64,000 nt of DNA, taken from contig NC_042997.1 in assembly GCF_006345805.1 (NCBI RefSeq), forward strand, positions 119,350,001-119,414,000, in the 5' to 3' direction. Every line of letters begins with the position of its first letter. Within the stretch, counting starts at the first letter, position 1. The notes beneath the pieces are model-generated. The model saw only the letters and a program-made list of their open reading frames with translations, was not told the DNA's origin and did not search any database. Source of the DNA: Octopus sinensis. Lineage: Eukaryota. The position numbers and the translations under genes were made by a program. Shown piece after piece: positions 62,858 to 64,000 of this stretch.

Positions 62858-63290
62858 GAGAGACAGAGAGAGAGACAGAGAGAAAAAGAGGGAGAGAGAT
62901 TGAGGTGTATCAAATGATAGGCAGCATAAATATTTGATTCATGAAAATTATCTCCTCCTTTAGATGATATATCCTAACTGACACGCCATTCAAAACATGG
63001 GTGACAAGTATTTCTAGCTCTGTTGTATAACGAAACTATAGTATTAGTTAAGTGGAGTTACACAGAAAGAATTGTAACCAAAACTCAGCTGATGACATAT
63101 TTCATCATCGTCGTAATCATCATCTTCATCATCGTATTCGTAATCACCATTATCATCATCTATATGCAAGTATGTGTTTTTGTGTGGAAGAGTGTGTGTA
63201 AGTGTGTGTATGTGTGGGTTTGTATATATGCACGTATACACACATATATGCATAAATATATATATATATATATATATATATTATGTCTGC

Positions 63291-63590
63291 TACTATAGCG
63301 TCGGGCCGACCAAAGCCTTGTGAGTGGATTTGGTAGACGGAAACTGAAAGAAGCCTGTCGTATATATGTATATATGTATGAGTACGTGTGTTTGTGTATC
63401 TGTGTTTGTCCCACCAGCATCGCTCGACAACCGATGGTGGTGTGTGTACGTCCCTGTAACTTAGCGGTTCGGCAAAAGGGTCTGATAGAATAAGTACAAG
63501 ACTTCCAAAGAATAAGTCCTGGGGACGATTTGCTTGGCTAAATGGTGGTGCTCCAGCATGGCCGCAGTCAAATGACTGAAACAAGTAAAA
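63291..63590 (+). mobile_element. SINE-B, 5'-truncated
   Basis: Core and tail GGTGGTGCTCCAGCATGGCCGCAGTCAAATGACTGAAACAAGTAAAA. Confidence 0.92.
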
Positions 63591-64000
63591 AAAAAAAAAC
63601 AAAGAGTATACATGCACGTGCATGGATTTGCTGGTGTGCTCGTATATATATCGACCTTTTGTATTACAAACGGCTGATGCAGAAAGCAGAAAAGCAGCAT
63701 GGAAAACAATGCGATAGATGCATTTGTCTGTAGATATATAATTTTATCACCTGAACAAACTACACGACTTGGCGATCTACAGTTTTATTCCCATTTTTTT
63801 TTCAAAATCTGTATCTGAATAAATATGCAATCATGCATTTAATCATATTTATAGCGATGCAGGCGTTTACTGGAATATTTTCTTACATATTTCTTTTTTT
63901 CAAAATTTCCATTCCAGTTCTTATTTATTTCACTTATTTCATTTTACCCTCACCATTTCACACACTCTGTTACAAACGTTTCACACTGCCTAAGAACCAT

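Noticed and set aside
1625-63733. Most supplied ORFs rich in Y/I, V/C, H/T or L
   Set aside because: They are translations of (TA)n, (CA)n, (ACAT)n and trinucleotide microsatellites.

Overview
AT-rich, microsatellite-dense eukaryotic DNA. The SINE families and repeat landscape look to me like an Octopus (cephalopod) genome; that is inference from recall, not a search. I see no intact, recognisable host gene, and most supplied ORFs are translations of (TA)n, (CA)n, (AAT)n or (ACAT)n tracts. The window holds: two Tc1-type transposase relics (one complete element with about 220-bp IR/DR TIRs and TA flanks); at least seven R4/Dong-clade non-LTR fragments; two Penelope-like (GIY-YIG) fragments; one CR1-like LINE 3' end; three tRNA-derived SINE families (here called A, B, C); two non-autonomous Helitrons; a loopless palindromic MITE; and a 1.4-kb foldback. 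The main signal not captured by the ORF track is about a dozen type-I hammerhead-ribozyme-like motifs. Four distinct motifs (five copies: 20498/20967, 32957, 47080, 52717) keep the CUGANGA and GAAA core. Three of these short non-coding units, plus a relative of a fourth, share one architecture: a 5'-inverted copy of their own sequence, sometimes a tandem period (560 or about 314 nt), and (TA)n or (CA)n flanks. This resembles Penelope-derived or retrozyme-like elements. Ribozyme activity is untested, and all alignments were done by eye.
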